Notes: generated by a model not told the origin, from the letters alone. DNA of 63,130 bases, filler included, from Globobulimina sp. (GCA_003354225.1; 20 parts of 20 records of this genome joined end to end with filler, not necessarily neighbours in it), one strand, 5' to 3'. Numbered from the whole stretch's first letter, positions 1 to 10,163 are shown. Numbers and translations: made by a program.

Positions 1-666
1 CAGTATGATTTCTTAAAACAGTGGGGAAATCCTGATTTCTTGCATGTAATATTTCGCCTTTTGCTGTTACACAAACAATTGCATCAGTATTGCGGAAGTT
101 ACAAGCATTTTGATTTTGGCGATTAGTCATCTATACTGACAAAATCTCAAACAAGTTCCATGTGTTTGGATTCAAAAAAGATGAAATGAACGATTTACAA
201 TTATTAATGAACGAACTCATTGGTTTTGCACCATTTGTAATGAACCAATGTTACAATGATGAGGAGAAAAAGGAGACTGTAAATAGGAAACAATTAATAT
301 TTCAATATCAAAATGATTTTGATGTGAATGGCATTCTTTATTGGCTCGGAACGCAAAGAGGAAAAACAAATAATTGGATTATATAACCCAAATGACTCAA
401 AAGATGTCATTGTAAGCAGTAGTTCTTTGAGCTGTGGTACTTTGTCCAAAATGATTGGCCGCCAATGGTCCAATGTATACACCAGCAACGCGCACAAATC
501 ATGGATTTCAATTGATTTCAAAGGATATGAGATCAAACCAAATAAATATACACTACGCCATGGCAGTAACAGTAATTGTTATGCAATGCATTGGAGCATA
601 GAAGCAAATAAACAGAATTTAGCGGTTTCAGGTTTTGAAATTTATGGAATATTAAAATGTATTTAA
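1..666 (+). pseudogene. 3' part of a protein with a C-terminal discoidin/F5-8-like domain (HECTD1/BTB-associated type), apparently disrupted
   Basis: DFDVNGILYWLGT...NP...SWISIDF...IKPNKYTLRHG...SGFEIYG. Frameshift near 375-385, and the segment between WSIEA and LAVSGFE seen in the paralog at 26551 is missing. Confidence 0.6.
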
Positions 667-964
667 TAGAATCGTCATCTTTATCAAAATAATTTGAAAT
701 AAATAATATTGACGTACATATCATATGACATTAATTATCCATCGATTTGTAAATTTGTGTTAATTTTAAGGGTCCAGATCTAGACTTTTGCAGTTCGTAG
801 ATCACCGTGGTAAACAACTGAAATTAAACTCTGAGGTGAGCACTTTTCAAAATCTAAAAATCAAAAAATAAAACCTTCTTAACTTCAAGTAATCGCCTTT
901 GTTTCCACTGAAATTTGGTATTGCCAAATTTATACAAATCGTCCACATTAAAAATTAGATTCAG

Positions 965-2893
965 ATGGACGCATTAGAAACAACCAAAACAAGGAGCAAC
1001 GATGAAGCAAATATAAATGATATAAAGGTAGATCGTCGATTAAATTATATTTATTTCCAATGGTTTTTTATAATTTTTTTTACATTAATTGCGGTGATTG
1101 ATCGTTATACATTAAATATGTGGCCATTATGGGTATGTAATCTGTACATTACATAATATATAATATTGGTATTCATTGCAATATAAAATAAAATTAAGGT
1201 TGATTCGCCCGGTCCCACCATTCCAGGAAATTTTGGTGTCTCTGTTTTTGCCGTAATTGCGTGGGTCTCGTCGCGAGTATTGATTGTTGGGAGTAGCTAT
1301 ATTTTCTTATTTCAGACGCGCATTTTTTGGAATTGGTTTGGCGAATTAAAAATTGTCAATAAATATTTAAAGATTGGCGATATTATGCATGACAACATCC
1401 AGTTACATTATCGAGTGGGTTGGATGTTAATTGGTGTTCCCGTTTGCTTACATGTTTGGGCCATTGTATTTGCCGCGGCCTTTGAACAAAATTCAGTGGT
1501 TTTATATGGTTTGCTCTTTCTATGTAATGTTATATTTGTATACAAATAAATAATAATTTGATTCTAAGACTCGTGGATGCGACCAAACAATCCAGAAACT
1601 GGCAAAAGTATACCATTTTATGCAAACAATTTATTATCGTTGGGCATCAATGACGTTTATCGAATCGTGTCGACTTCGTTGACCTTCTTTATCTTAATTC
1701 CGTATTCAATCGTAAGATTTTGCAAAACTTGGAATTGGTCCTTGGCGCAATGGGTCCATTTATTTGGCGCCGCCATTTATACGGTGGACTTAATTCGAAT
1801 GAAATCGCATCCGCATTGCTGGGTTTTTAATCTCCCATTTATTTTGTGGTGGATTTGTGATCGATTATACGGTATCTTTATTTATCGACGCTGTGTGGCC
1901 ACAATTGTGAATAAGAGACGATTGGACAACGATTACTTGGTTTTGTACTTACGAATTAGCGACGAGTTGCATAGTTTGGCCAATATCGGAGATGTATTTT
2001 ATTTAAACTTATTAGAGTGTCAATTCGATCGAAGCCATCCTTTTACCACTTTTCAGAATCGTGGCTTTAAACGGCCACTAATTCGTAGTCAAGAATCATT
2101 ACATTTTGCTTGGAGTGGCCATAAATTTGCGATCAACAAAACAGCGCAGGATAATGAGGATTCGGTGTATGTAATGTCGCGCGATTCGACGGTATCGACG
2201 CAAATCGAGATTAATCCGCAGCAATTCGAGGATGAAGAAGAGGTGAAACGTGATGAAAATGCGGGCGCTGGCTTGCCGACAGCTGATTGTGACTGGAATT
2301 TGGGAGTAATTATGCAAATCCATCCAAACCGAGTGGCCGCCTGCAAAGGTTTGAAACGCAATACGTGGACTCAGAGAATTGAAGAATCAAATCAACGCTT
2401 TGTTGGTGGCTTACGTTGTTGGGGGCCGTATCGAAGCGAATATCGATTGTTGATGAAAGAGGAAGCGATGAAACGATATCCGGAGACAGAGGTCGTTTTA
2501 ATTGGCACTGGCTGTGGTTGCTCGTATATGGTGGACTATTTTTTGTATATTACAGCGAATGACATTCGATTGGATAACAAAGTGACAATGTATTTTACTG
2601 CTCGCAGTGTGCCGATGTTCCAATGGTTTACAGATATTACTTGCAAACAGCATTACGACAATTTTTATGTGAATGCGCATTTAACATCGCATCCAAATGT
2701 GGCATATGATAAAAAAGGAAAAGTAAAATCGCGAGATTCAAATATCGGGAGGTTATCATTTACGGAAATATTGAATATTGCTGCTCCAAATACCCATGTC
2801 TTTTTTTGTGGCAATCCGTCCGTTCAACAACAAGTGGAAAAATTGTGTAAATCACAAAAATTAAATTATCATAAAGGACATTCATTTCATTAA
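965..2893 (+). CDS. Ferric reductase / NADPH oxidase-like flavocytochrome (exons 965-1132, 1199-1508, 1569-2893)
   Basis: GT-AG introns join three ORFs in frame. His-bearing TM helices, FAD motif SHPFT, GPY, IGTGCG and FFCG NAD(P)-binding motifs. Confidence 0.8.
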
Positions 2894-3065
2894 GACTTTT
2901 AAAAAAAAAGCGTAATATATTAAAATATAATAAAATTAAATATTAATCAAATACGTATCGGTATGCAGATTGTAGTTATCTTTTAATTTTTTTATTTTCT
3001 TTTTCTAAATACAAATATCTGACTATTACCGTACGTTTTTGATCTAATTTCATGTTAATTTACAA

Positions 3066-3165
3066 NNNNNNNNNNNNNNNNNNNNNNNNNNNNNNNNNNN
3101 NNNNNNNNNTTAATTAATTAANNNNNNNNNNNNNNNNNNNNNNNNNNNNNNNNNNNNNNNNNNNN
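3066..3165. other. Artificial contig-joining linker (first of 19; the others start at 6230, 9394, 12557, 15720, 18883, 22046, 25208, 28370, 31531, 34692, 37853, 41013, 44173, 47333, 50493, 53653, 56813, 59972)
   Basis: Identical N-run + TTAATTAATTAA (stops in all six frames) + N-run roughly every 3.16 kb; flanking sequences are unrelated and genes are cut at the edges. Confidence 0.99.
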
Positions 3166-3446
3166 CTTTATTGTTTGACATGATGATCGAGCTGAAAGTT
3201 TCTCCAATGACCGCCTTCCCCGATTTTATGCAATTGGTAGACGAGAGACTGTTCCATGGGTGCGCCGAGTGGTCTAAAATATATACGCTGTTCGCCTTTT
3301 GTGGCAAACTTTGCATTAGTTGTCTGGACAAGGGTATACCTCAAGTAATCGGCAATGTGGCCGATTGGCTGGCCATCTTTTTGGACAGCAAATTAACAGA
3401 GTGGGTAGCAAACAATGGCGGTTGGCAGTATGTGATAAAAGAGTGA
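3166..3446 (+). CDS. Bcl-2 family protein, 5'-truncated, with no C-terminal TM anchor
   Basis: BH1-like LFHGCAEWSKIYTLFAFCGKL and BH2 LTEWVANNGGW; stop 6 residues after BH2. Confidence 0.85.
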
Positions 3447-3546
3447 TCAAACGTTGTTGTTGTGTTATTTGGTTTTATATTTATACATAAATAACTTTTT
3501 ATTCTAATATTGTATCCATATAACATATATAAAAATAGAATTTTTC

Positions 3547-4005
3547 TTAAAATTTATCGCCTCTTATTCTTCTAGCCAATTGCATATCCTTAGACATGAT
3601 TGTTACACGTTTGGCATGCAGAGCGCACAAGTTGGTATCTTCAAATAGACTGACGAGGTAGGATTCGCTTGCTTCCTATAATAGGAGGTCTAACAATTAT
3701 TGTTATACATGATATAGTTATACCTGCAAGGCGGCCAAAGCTGCGCTTTGAAATCTTTTACCAGGACATATATCCTCAGCTATTTCTCGCACCAGACGTT
3801 GAAACGGTAATCGTTTTATCAGACGCTCTGTCGATTTTTGATATTTTCTAATTTCCCGAAGTGCCACGGTACCCGGTCTGTATCTGTGGGGTTTTTTTAC
3901 TCTCGCTACATCGACCGGCGACGGTTTTAAGACCAATTGTTTTCTTGGGGCTTTGTTGGGGGCTCGGGCCATATTTTGTCTGACAATTTGTTTGGTACGC
4001 GCCAT
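3547..4005 (-). CDS. Divergent histone H3 (H3.3-derived), 136 codons; exons 4005-3724 and 3675-3547, 48-nt intron 3676-3723
   Basis: MARTKQ...[23 protein letters not shown]...[16 protein letters not shown]...[48 protein letters not shown]. The second exon is not in the ORF track. Minus-strand AATAAA at 3498-3503. Confidence 0.95.
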
Positions 4006-4207
4006 AATGATGATGTTGGGGGAACGTACAAGCAAGGACCGACCGACGACCAGACTGATGGATTTTTAAAAAACCCTGAGCTATCCAATACTATTTAAAT
4101 GGGTCAGAACAGAAATGTTGTCGCGGTGCAGTAGTAAATAAAATAAACACAGTTTTTATTGCATAAAGAATCGTATATCAATTCATATAAACAACAAATA
4201 TATATTT

Positions 4208-4612
4208 TTATGAATCTGAAAGAAATACATCTAGAAATCTTTGTCTGTATTCGCTGTCAAATTTTAATCTGATAATAGGGTCCCAGGCCCCTGACATCAA
4301 ATAATCGAAAACTTCCTTATATGTAATAATTGGATCAGCCCGAATCCATTGGGCGAAAGTTTCCATTATAATTCCCCGGTTCATTTCATAGACCAGATTT
4401 GTATTTTCTATGAACGCAGTCACTTTGTCTTTGTAGGAGGGGTCTTGTTTTATGGTTTCTGGGGCATCGATACAAATACGTTGTTTGACAGACTTGAAAA
4501 ACAAATTTTCTATTTTTCTTTCTGTAGCCAAGAGACATTCCTGACATATGCAGTAGGACAAAGCTTCACTACACATAATTTTTGATACGAATGAGTCCTC
4601 CGTCGTCGTCAT
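4208..4612 (-). CDS. Hypothetical protein of the Polinton-like element (CxCxxC near the N-terminus)
   Basis: Open frame with probable start MTTTED at 4612; minus-strand AATAAA at 4155-4160. Confidence 0.6.
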   Translation of the reverse strand: MTTTEDSFVSKIMCSEALSYCICQECLLATERKIENLFFKSVKQRICIDAPETIKQDPSYKDKVTAFIENTNLVYEMNRGIIMETFAQWIRADPIITYKEVFDYLMSGAWDPIIRLKFDSEYRQRFLDVFLSDS

Positions 4613-4726
4613 TATTTTTATGATAAAGGATATGAAAAAACCGGTTTGTGTTAGCCGGGTCAATAAATACAATACATTGTGAAAACATATAAAATTCTAT
4701 ATACATATATGAGAATAACGGGTATT

Positions 4727-5188
4727 CTATTTGGTTAAACGTATCGATTCCAGCATGGTGCGCAGTTTAGCATTTTGAACAATAAACAAAGGTACGACGG
4801 TAGCTAATCCGAGCAAATACAGAAAATTTTCTAAACCGATAGGATAATGAGACGGTTTCAGTAAGTTATTATGCAGGGCAGACATTAGTTCGACAAAATT
4901 CGATCCCGATATTATACGCTTGTCAATAACTATCTCCATGGTACCCGGCATAATCCTGAACACATCGTCGGATAGACGGGCCAAGTATTTCATAATTATT
5001 TGAGCATTTCTACGATAATTTTTGGGCATTATTAGCAAGATATCACGCCAATCGGAATATTCCGGGCTGGGACTTCTGGATTTTGACTTTTTCACTCGTT
5101 CAATATTTACATTGTTGACAACACTGCTGGACAATCTGTCAAAACTTTCGGGGCTGACCAAACGATAACGTTTAACGACGGTAGACAT
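4727..5188 (-). CDS. Conserved Polinton/adintovirus-type hypothetical protein
   Basis: Pattern IL...PKNY...A......L...EIVID...I.GSNFVEL...P.GLE.F...L....VP...V.N resembles an ORF common in Polintons; starts 3 nt after the ATPase stop. Confidence 0.65.
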   Translation of the reverse strand: MSTVVKRYRLVSPESFDRLSSSVVNNVNIERVKKSKSRSPSPEYSDWRDILLIMPKNYRRNAQIIMKYLARLSDDVFRIMPGTMEIVIDKRIISGSNFVELMSALHNNLLKPSHYPIGLENFLYLLGLATVVPLFIVQNAKLRTMLESIRLTK

Positions 5189-5191
5189 TTC

Positions 5192-5911
5192 TCACGGAGT
5201 GACGTAACAAAATTTTTCCTCCTCTTCTAGGAGACCAGTTTTGAGTCGACACCGCCTGGGACACTGGACAGTACAATCAATCAATAGATAGCCATAGGGA
5301 TTGGCGTTATGGCGTAATTGATCACGTATAGCCATTTCGTAGGCCTCGGCCACATAATTCTTACCACCGGGACCGACTTTGGGATATAGCTGTCGATTTA
5401 GATGTTGGAGAACAGACATGTCTCGCGGCGACTGAAACAGGACGATCATCGAAGCGTTTCTACTGCAAGTTATCCAATTCACATGCCGACTTCCATACAA
5501 TTGATGAGCAACAATAAATAAGCATATTTTAAGGTGATGGACCCCACCCACGGCGATACTGGTCAGCAGAGGTTCCGTTATACATTCGTGCAGACAATCG
5601 TCGATTATAATCATGGCGTATCCCTGCTCAGGTTTTCCTATATATTCTGGTTCAAGAACTTTTTCATTAAATTGCCTCGTCATTATCAATTTATCTCCAA
5701 AATGTTTTCTGAGCGCATCGTAGCACGGCTGACCACTAAATTTATGTACCAGTATTACACGTCTGATATCGGATGTAGGAAAAATATCGTTCCAATTTAA
5801 TAAAAGTTTATTCAGAAATTCGGACTTGCCCACCATGCTTGGCCCACAGATTATCATCGTAAAGGGAGGTTTCGGGAGTACGGACAAAGTTAAATCTTTT
5901 ATATCGTCCAT
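5192..5911 (-). CDS. A32/FtsK-HerA family DNA packaging ATPase (Polinton type)
   Basis: Walker A PFTMIICGPSMVGKS, Walker B IIIDD, HH-containing motif, RNASMIVLF.SPRD, PYGYLLID. Confidence 0.92.
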   Translation of the reverse strand: MDDIKDLTLSVLPKPPFTMIICGPSMVGKSEFLNKLLLNWNDIFPTSDIRRVILVHKFSGQPCYDALRKHFGDKLIMTRQFNEKVLEPEYIGKPEQGYAMIIIDDCLHECITEPLLTSIAVGGVHHLKICLFIVAHQLYGSRHVNWITCSRNASMIVLFQSPRDMSVLQHLNRQLYPKVGPGGKNYVAEAYEMAIRDQLRHNANPYGYLLIDCTVQCPRRCRLKTGLLEEEEKFCYVTP

Positions 5912-5920
5912 TTTTACTTG

Positions 5921-6229
5921 TCAAAATTTACATCGCAACATCCTGTCAGGTGTCAAAACAGAGGCCAATGGCGGATGGGCCACCCTGTTTATAAACCAGC
6001 TGTAAATGCTTACGTCATTCCACTGCGGCTCAGCGAACCATGAAATCACATCCTCAAAGGAGTATCTCATGGATAGGTAGAGGGAGAAGAAGATGCAAAA
6101 CATACCGCACAAGCAGGAATTAGGTCCTTGGAGCCTTTTTTCATTAAATTTCACAGATTTATTATTATCCGCTATAAATGTTTTAATTTCAGTAGGGATT
6201 TCATCATAATCCGTACCGACGGGATCGAA
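5921..6229 (-). CDS. Adenain-like (clan CE) maturation cysteine protease, 5'-truncated
   Basis: Frame open to the contig edge: FDPVG...NEKRLQGPNSCLCGMFCIFF, containing the catalytic Asp, oxyanion Gln and Cys motifs. Confidence 0.88.
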   Translation of the reverse strand, partial: FDPVGTDYDEIPTEIKTFIADNNKSVKFNEKRLQGPNSCLCGMFCIFFSLYLSMRYSFEDVISWFAEPQWNDVSIYSWFINRVAHPPLASVLTPDRMLRCKF

Positions 6230-6470
6230 NNNNNNNNNNNNNNNNNNNNNNNNNNNNNNNNNNNNNNNNNNNNTTAATTAATTAANNNNNNNNNNNNNNN
6301 NNNNNNNNNNNNNNNNNNNNNNNNNNNNNCTAGTTTATTATAATCTGTTTTAGTTTGCGCAAATACGCATTCTTTATCTCCTAAAATCTGTTTTTACAAA
6401 TCATCATTATTAATATACACATCATCCCATCCCTGATTATCCCCATTATAACATAGATTATTATAATTAT

Positions 6471-7778
6471 ATGGAGTATAAAAAAGATCAGGACGATCTT
6501 AATACGGCCATCAATGGGAATGTATCACGTAAAAAACGATCAGCAGCAAAGATTAGCTATTACCGTCTATGCACGACAGGAGGTGCGCCATTAACGGATT
6601 TATTACGTTATTTCGCCTTAATTGGTGAGATTGATTGGTCGCGAAATCACACAACGATCGACGCAGCAATTAAAGCATTCCAATTAGATTACAATGCGAC
6701 ATATAAATGTGTATTGATGATATCTTCAACAATCGCAGAATTAGCAGATATCCATAGAAATAAATCTGAGAAATTAGAAACGTTGACACAAAGCGCTTAT
6801 TTAACGGCACAAGGTTTGCAGTGGCAGAAATTTGCCAAATTTATTCAGCATGAATTACCAGATACATTACAGGGCAATGAAGGCCTTAAAGCATTCAATC
6901 ATTTTTTAATGAAACGGCGAAAGAAAGTGTTGGATCGAGGGTTGAGTGCTGGCGCCAATTTAAGTGATCGCAACATTTTAAATGAATGGAAACTCTCTAT
7001 TTTATCAAACGAACATCATAATACTAAAGAATCGCGATCATACGATGTTGGTATAACAAATTCGAAACCAATCAATAATATTACTCAACCAACTCAAAAT
7101 ACGACGAATTACATTCCACGGAGACAAAACATAAGAGGTCATAGAGGCCGTGGTCGGTACAGACGAAGATACCGTCATCGTGGAGGCAGAGGTAATTATG
7201 GTGGACGACAATATGGTGATCACAATAATAATTATAACGGTGAGCCACAACGTGGCAATTTTAGAGGAAGATATCACAGAAACGGTAGAGGCAATTTTAG
7301 AGGCAACAGAGGTGGTAATTCGCGTGGCAATTACCACGGAAATAATAATCAACGATCATATAACAATCATAACGGTGAAGGAGAGGGTGATTACAACCCT
7401 TCTCGTTATGAACACATGTATCAACCACCGAATAATCAACAACAACAATATACGAATCAACCACCATTTAAACGACCGAGATATAATCAAAATGGATATC
7501 AACAAAATGGATACAAACAATATAATCAAAAGCCAATGGAAAAGAAAGTCAATACACGAAAAATGAATTGTTATCATACAAGGAACGGTGTATATTATGG
7601 CGGCCCAGAATTAGTACAATATATTTGTGGTTTTCGTGAGAAAGGAAGATGTTTTTACAGTGCAGAACATGAGAAATGTGATTGGCATCACATGTGCAGA
7701 TTTTGTTTCATTGTCGATCGTCATATCTCGGATAGATGTGATAACAAAGGAAGTGGCAACGTATATGGATATGGATAA
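6471..7778 (+). CDS. Gag-like nucleic-acid-binding protein
   Basis: RG/RGG- and N/Q-rich region; C-terminal tandem CCCH+CCHC knuckle (ICGFREKGRC...CDWHHMCRFC...H....C). Confidence 0.7.
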   Translation: MEYKKDQDDLNTAINGNVSRKKRSAAKISYYRLCTTGGAPLTDLLRYFALIGEIDWSRNHTTIDAAIKAFQLDYNATYKCVLMISSTIAELADIHRNKSEKLETLTQSAYLTAQGLQWQKFAKFIQHELPDTLQGNEGLKAFNHFLMKRRKKVLDRGLSAGANLSDRNILNEWKLSILSNEHHNTKESRSYDVGITNSKPINNITQPTQNTTNYIPRRQNIRGHRGRGRYRRRYRHRGGRGNYGGRQYGDHNNNYNGEPQRGNFRGRYHRNGRGNFRGNRGGNSRGNYHGNNNQRSYNNHNGEGEGDYNPSRYEHMYQPPNNQQQQYTNQPPFKRPRYNQNGYQQNGYKQYNQKPMEKKVNTRKMNCYHTRNGVYYGGPELVQYICGFREKGRCFYSAEHEKCDWHHMCRFCFIVDRHISDRCDNKGSGNVYGYG

Positions 7779-8255
7779 AATTTGATTAATTATTTATTTT
7801 TCATTACATCTATTGATTCAATTCTTTATTTTATATTATATAAATTTGTACACTTATTATTACTTATATTTATTATATATTTTATATATTATTTTGATTT
7901 GTCGACAATTTATTTGAATTTGGTTTATTAATATTTGATTTGTGGACTAATTTAATTTTAAATCTTTGAATTCCACATTAAATTTGATATTAATAACTCA
8001 GGGATGGATATTATTTAAATCATACGCAATATTTACAAGGTATTGTAATATTTCGTAACGTTTACTTTATTTTTGAAGTATTAACTTAAAAAACTTTAGT
8101 AACTTTATTTCGTAAACTAGTAAAAGACACACTTTCAGGACACAAGACTTTTTAACTGATAAACAATTCAAATAAGTATCATTTTTTACGTCCGACGCGT
8201 AATATGTACAAATGATCATAATTAAATTCATAGTATACTCATACATCATTACCGG

Positions 8256-9393
8256 ATGTTATTGAGTCTCTGTATACAAATATATATTCACTGTAAATGT
8301 AAACATTATATAGAATTGTATTTAAATCCATATTTATGGAATAATATTTTGTGGGACATAGTAAAATGTAGATTTAACAAAGCAATCAAGAATTTTAAAT
8401 ATGTGAAATCTAAATTGCATCGTCAACCGTATAATCAATTTGTTATTCATGCAATTAATCAAATTCCCATAGGAAATGATAGAAAATTACACATTTTGAT
8501 CAATCAAACCATCATTTGCTTGAAACATGGATGGAAATTAGGCATAACAAACAATGATAATATTAAAATGAATCAAAAAGTCAAAAGAATGCAAGATTTT
8601 AATATTTTAGAATTGATAGAAGTGGGTCGAAACTTATCTGAACAGATTGAATTAGGAAAGATTGGCCCGAGACAAATATTATTAAATAATGAAAAAATTC
8701 TCAATTTCATTCAATTAGTCGCTGTGGATAAGAAAACAGGCAAACCTGTCACAATTAAAATGCAACGATTTAGTAAAGCCAGAATTTGTAGACACGCTAC
8801 ATTCTCATCCTTGTGGACGTATAGTATCAATGCATTGACAGCGCCAATTGATTACAAAATGCAAGTCCCACTTTGCAAAGACTTCTGCAACAAATTAATC
8901 ATTATGGGGCGCTTTTGTCTCATGTTTAAGACAGATGGAGCGGATGCATTCAGACAATTGGGTATGACCCAGAGTCAATGGAAGTATATGGGTTATAAAT
9001 TTATGGGAATGGAGTTAGTTGACACCTGTGACATCTATGGAAGCAAAGGGGCGTCTAAACATTCACAAGATTTTGGAAATGTATTATTATTGGCGTTTAA
9101 AACATGGATCAATCCATTTTTATTGAATAATGAAAGAATTGATAATTTGGTATATATTGATGACCATATTGGGTTCATAAAATCATATCCTTTTTCAGAT
9201 AGAAATCGTGAAACATTTTTGATGAATAAATTTTTTGAATTTTTACGATTATGTGGCTACATTGAAAAGGCTGAAAAACGGAAAATAGTATCTTGGATAA
9301 TGGAAGTTTGTGGTTTAATTTATGATACAGTAGTGTTCCCGATAAGAGGTACGCATATTAGTACTAATATATATATATTAGTTACTAATATAT
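8256..9393 (+). CDS. Reverse transcriptase, DIRS-like, 3'-truncated
   Basis: KARIC, FKTDGADAFRQL, D.CDIYG at the LPFG position, YIDD, L...G....EK, E.CG...DT. Confidence 0.8.
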
Positions 9394-9493
9394 NNNNNNN
9401 NNNNNNNNNNNNNNNNNNNNNNNNNNNNNNNNNNNNNTTAATTAATTAANNNNNNNNNNNNNNNNNNNNNNNNNNNNNNNNNNNNNNNNNNNN

Positions 9494-10163
9494 ACTGGGT
9501 CGTAACACCGGCAAACCCACTCAGTCCAACAATGCTTACCATTGCCGCAGTTCCTTTGACCGGATCGTTATTATTTGCTAAGTGTCCGAGTCCGCCATCA
9601 TGCATTTCAAAGGTATGATATTCCATCAACAATCCACCACAGCATAGCAACAATAAAGCTCTCCATTGATTACAAGACAATTTCTTATTTAATATTACAA
9701 CACAGGCGATTGCTGCAGATAAGATTTTCATTTGTTGCAACACAGAATACACACAAGATGAGAGGTTCTCAGATGCGATGTATTGCAAACTATTCTGGAC
9801 AAAGTAGCAAGTGCTTGGGATATACGTGTAACCACTGCTTTTCATCAAATATAGCATACAGTCTGCAATGCTTTTATCTGACACAAATATGGCCGATGCG
9901 CCCAAATCACAATAGATAATCAATGAACAGACAAATAATTTGCAACATTCAGTCATCAAAACAACTGAACCAGGATGGTAACGTTCCATTAATACACCGC
10001 GTGAATATCTCATCAGTAATGTTTGCGTTGCATTCTATTTTTTATTTTCTTAATTTTTATACTTCCACTAAGCAACACAATTAAATATACATACTTGTAA
10101 CACTAACAAAGCCAGCACACATACTTTTTGTTTGTGCGTGATTTCAGTGCTTCCATGTATCAT
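9494..10163 (-). CDS. Nucleotide-sugar transporter (SLC35A / CMP-sialic acid-UDP-Gal type), 3'-truncated; intron 10035-10094
   Basis: LALLVLQ|NATQTLLMRYSR, E..KL, P..CYFVQNSLQY, Q.KIL..A, QW.AL.LL..G, SGFAGV. Confidence 0.9.

Larger units (their letters stand above)
3166..6229. mobile_element. Polinton/Maverick (adintovirus-like) element, internal fragment
   Basis: Tandem adenain-like protease, A32/FtsK-like packaging ATPase and a Polinton-type conserved ORF, with gaps of 3-9 nt and no introns. No pPolB, integrase, capsid or TIR within the contig. Confidence 0.85.
6330..9393 (+). mobile_element. DIRS/Ngaro-like (tyrosine-recombinase class) retrotransposon fragment
   Basis: Gag-like ORF followed by an RT ORF with DIRS-style motifs; the recombinase is not reached in this contig. 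Confidence 0.7.

Noticed and set aside
3110-3121. Regularly spaced TTAATTAATTAA as a biological repeat
   Set aside because: Always embedded in N-runs; an artificial six-frame-stop linker. ORFs ending in XXXLIN are artefacts, and neighbours across linkers are not syntenic.
3547-4005. H3 variant as centromeric CenH3/CENP-A
   Set aside because: Loop 1 has canonical length, Q68, F84 and T107 are retained, and the tail is alignable to H3 with canonical total length.
7150-7566. Overlapping alternative-frame ORF inside the Gag
   Set aside because: Low-complexity by-product of AAT/GGT-rich codons, with no recognisable motifs.
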